From a virus (Duplodnaviria; Caudoviricetes), in the IMG/VR virus record IMGVR_UViG_3300043932_000200, positions 1 through 26,204 of that record: a DNA stretch of 26,204 nucleotides. One strand, written 5' to 3'. Below are positions 25,133-26,204 of this stretch, piece by piece. The translations under genes were made by a program, and so were the position numbers. The notes under the pieces were generated by a model. That model had not been told where the DNA came from and did no database searches. It was given only the letters and a program-made list of their open reading frames with translations. How positions within the stretch are numbered: the stretch's first letter is position 1; every line of letters begins with the position of its first letter.

Positions 25133-26024
25133 CAACAACCTCTCCTTCCAAATAATCATCTGGTAATGCGCGATGCATATCGGCACACCACTTTTCGACC
25201 CGATTAAGTAAACTGCTTAACGAACGCATAGCTGGATCGTCTGGTTTAAATTCAGCAAAATCATAGGCATAAAGTGCTGGCGCCAGTTTGTTCAGCAGTT
25301 CGTCCGCATTGCCCTTAAATTTCAAAATATCCGAAGCCGCTGCTAGTTTTCGCTCGGTACTACTAGCCTTACCGGCAAGTTCTTGCATCTTCCGCTGTAA
25401 CTGCTGATACTCTGTTGAATCCTCGGAAAACTGATCACGCTGTTCGAGTAAATCCTTTTGCTCATTTTCTAGGTATTCGTTGCGCTGATGTAATGACTTG
25501 ATCTGCGACTGTAACTTTTGCCGCTCAGCTTTTAAATCAGCATAATCAGCCGGTGGAACTTCATGAACTTCAACTTTTGGTGGTTGCTTGTGTAAGCTAA
25601 GATTTTCGTCCCGCAGCACTTTATTCTTAGCCTGTAGTGACTTTAACGCTGCCTTAGTCTCACGTAGTTCACTAACAGTCATATCGGTAAGCTTTTTGGT
25701 CTTACCACTTGGCAGTTCAATTGGTGCTTCCTTATCATCAATCGGCATTGTCGCAATCTCATAAAGTGCTGCAATGCCTAGGTGCGACATTGATGTCGTG
25801 TTTAACGATTCATCGCTAGCAACCTTGATAAAACGTTGTGCCATTCGCGGTTGCATATCAATTTTTTTAAGCCACGGACCAAACTCGCCACGAACCAGAT
25901 CATGTTCTTTAACCCATTTTAAGCGGCGACCAATTTCAAAAATGGCCTGGCCACCGATCTGCTGATAGCTTTTGATTTCAGTAGTGATCACATTAATGTC
26001 ACTGCTTAATGTAAGTTCATTCAT
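25122..26024 (-). CDS. DUF3102-domain protein with coiled coil
   Basis: IFEIGRRL..VKEHDL..GEF..WL......R.AQRFIKVA...LG..ALYEIAT signature; start at ATG 26024 overlapping the upstream stop. Confidence 0.8.
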   Translation of the reverse strand: MNELTLSSDINVITTEIKSYQQIGGQAIFEIGRRLKWVKEHDLVRGEFGPWLKKIDMQPRMAQRFIKVASDESLNTTSMSHLGIAALYEIATMPIDDKEAPIELPSGKTKKLTDMTVSELRETKAALKSLQAKNKVLRDENLSLHKQPPKVEVHEVPPADYADLKAERQKLQSQIKSLHQRNEYLENEQKDLLEQRDQFSEDSTEYQQLQRKMQELAGKASSTERKLAAASDILKFKGNADELLNKLAPALYAYDFAEFKPDDPAMRSLSSLLNRVEKWCADMHRALPDDYLEGEVVDEG

Positions 26025-26204
26025 AGGCGACACCTGACTTGCGTACTAGTTCATCCCAGTCAAAAACTAAGTTGCCGTCAGTAACTTTAGATGTAATTCC
26101 TTGCTCAGCTAATTTGTCCAAGAATTCCTGACGCGGAAAATTCTTACTTATGGAACAACTGGTATTGCCGCGTCGTGCTGCGGAAACAATATTATTTTTT
26201 AAAT
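26017..26204 (-). CDS. Hypothetical phage protein (5' end outside window)
   Basis: Open frame read by hand: ...LKNNIVSAARRGNTSCSISKNFPRQEFLDKLAEQGITSKVTDGNLVFDWDELVRKSGVAYE, with TGA overlapping the next start. Confidence 0.65.
   Translation of the reverse strand, partial: LKNNIVSAARRGNTSCSISKNFPRQEFLDKLAEQGITSKVTDGNLVFDWDELVRKSGVAYE

Larger units (their letters stand above)
1..26204 (-). mobile_element. Temperate siphophage / prophage segment (early genes to lysis); both ends lie outside the window
   Basis: Canonical co-oriented gene order HNH-terS-terL-portal-protease/capsid-head/tail joining-MTP-TAC-TMP-Dit-Tal-baseplate-holin-lysin. No integrase, repressor or att site is visible in the window. 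Confidence 0.97.

Noticed and set aside
1-26204. tRNA, rRNA, CRISPR array, integrase or att sites
   Set aside because: None recognisable by eye.

Overview
The window is a contiguous piece of a temperate Siphoviridae-type (pro)phage, almost entirely on the minus strand; gene families point to a Lactobacillaceae-like Firmicute host (inferred). In transcription order (right to left) it contains: an early/regulatory block (DUF3102-like, ORF6C-like, HTH genes); a compact replication module whose only recognisable initiator is an HUH rolling-circle Rep; small accessory genes including an oppositely oriented moron; HNH, probable cos region and terminases; portal; a fused protease-linker-major capsid gene; a collagen-like decoration protein; head-tail joining genes; major tail protein; tail chaperones; a tape measure protein with M23 and SLT domains; Dit, Tal, a BppU-metallophosphoesterase fusion and a putative receptor-binding protein; and the lysis cassette (endolysin cut by the window edge). 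Main observations: (1) the capsid and major tail genes end in homologous CCCAAAA -1 frameshift cassettes with a conserved stem-loop, each appending a related short 'SVxP...AKVGD' peptide, possibly a shared docking tag for the decoration protein; (2) the rolling-circle Rep has a plasmid-like antisense RNA unit in its leader; (3) the baseplate carries a calcineurin-like phosphoesterase. All family calls come from motif recognition by eye; no searches were run.
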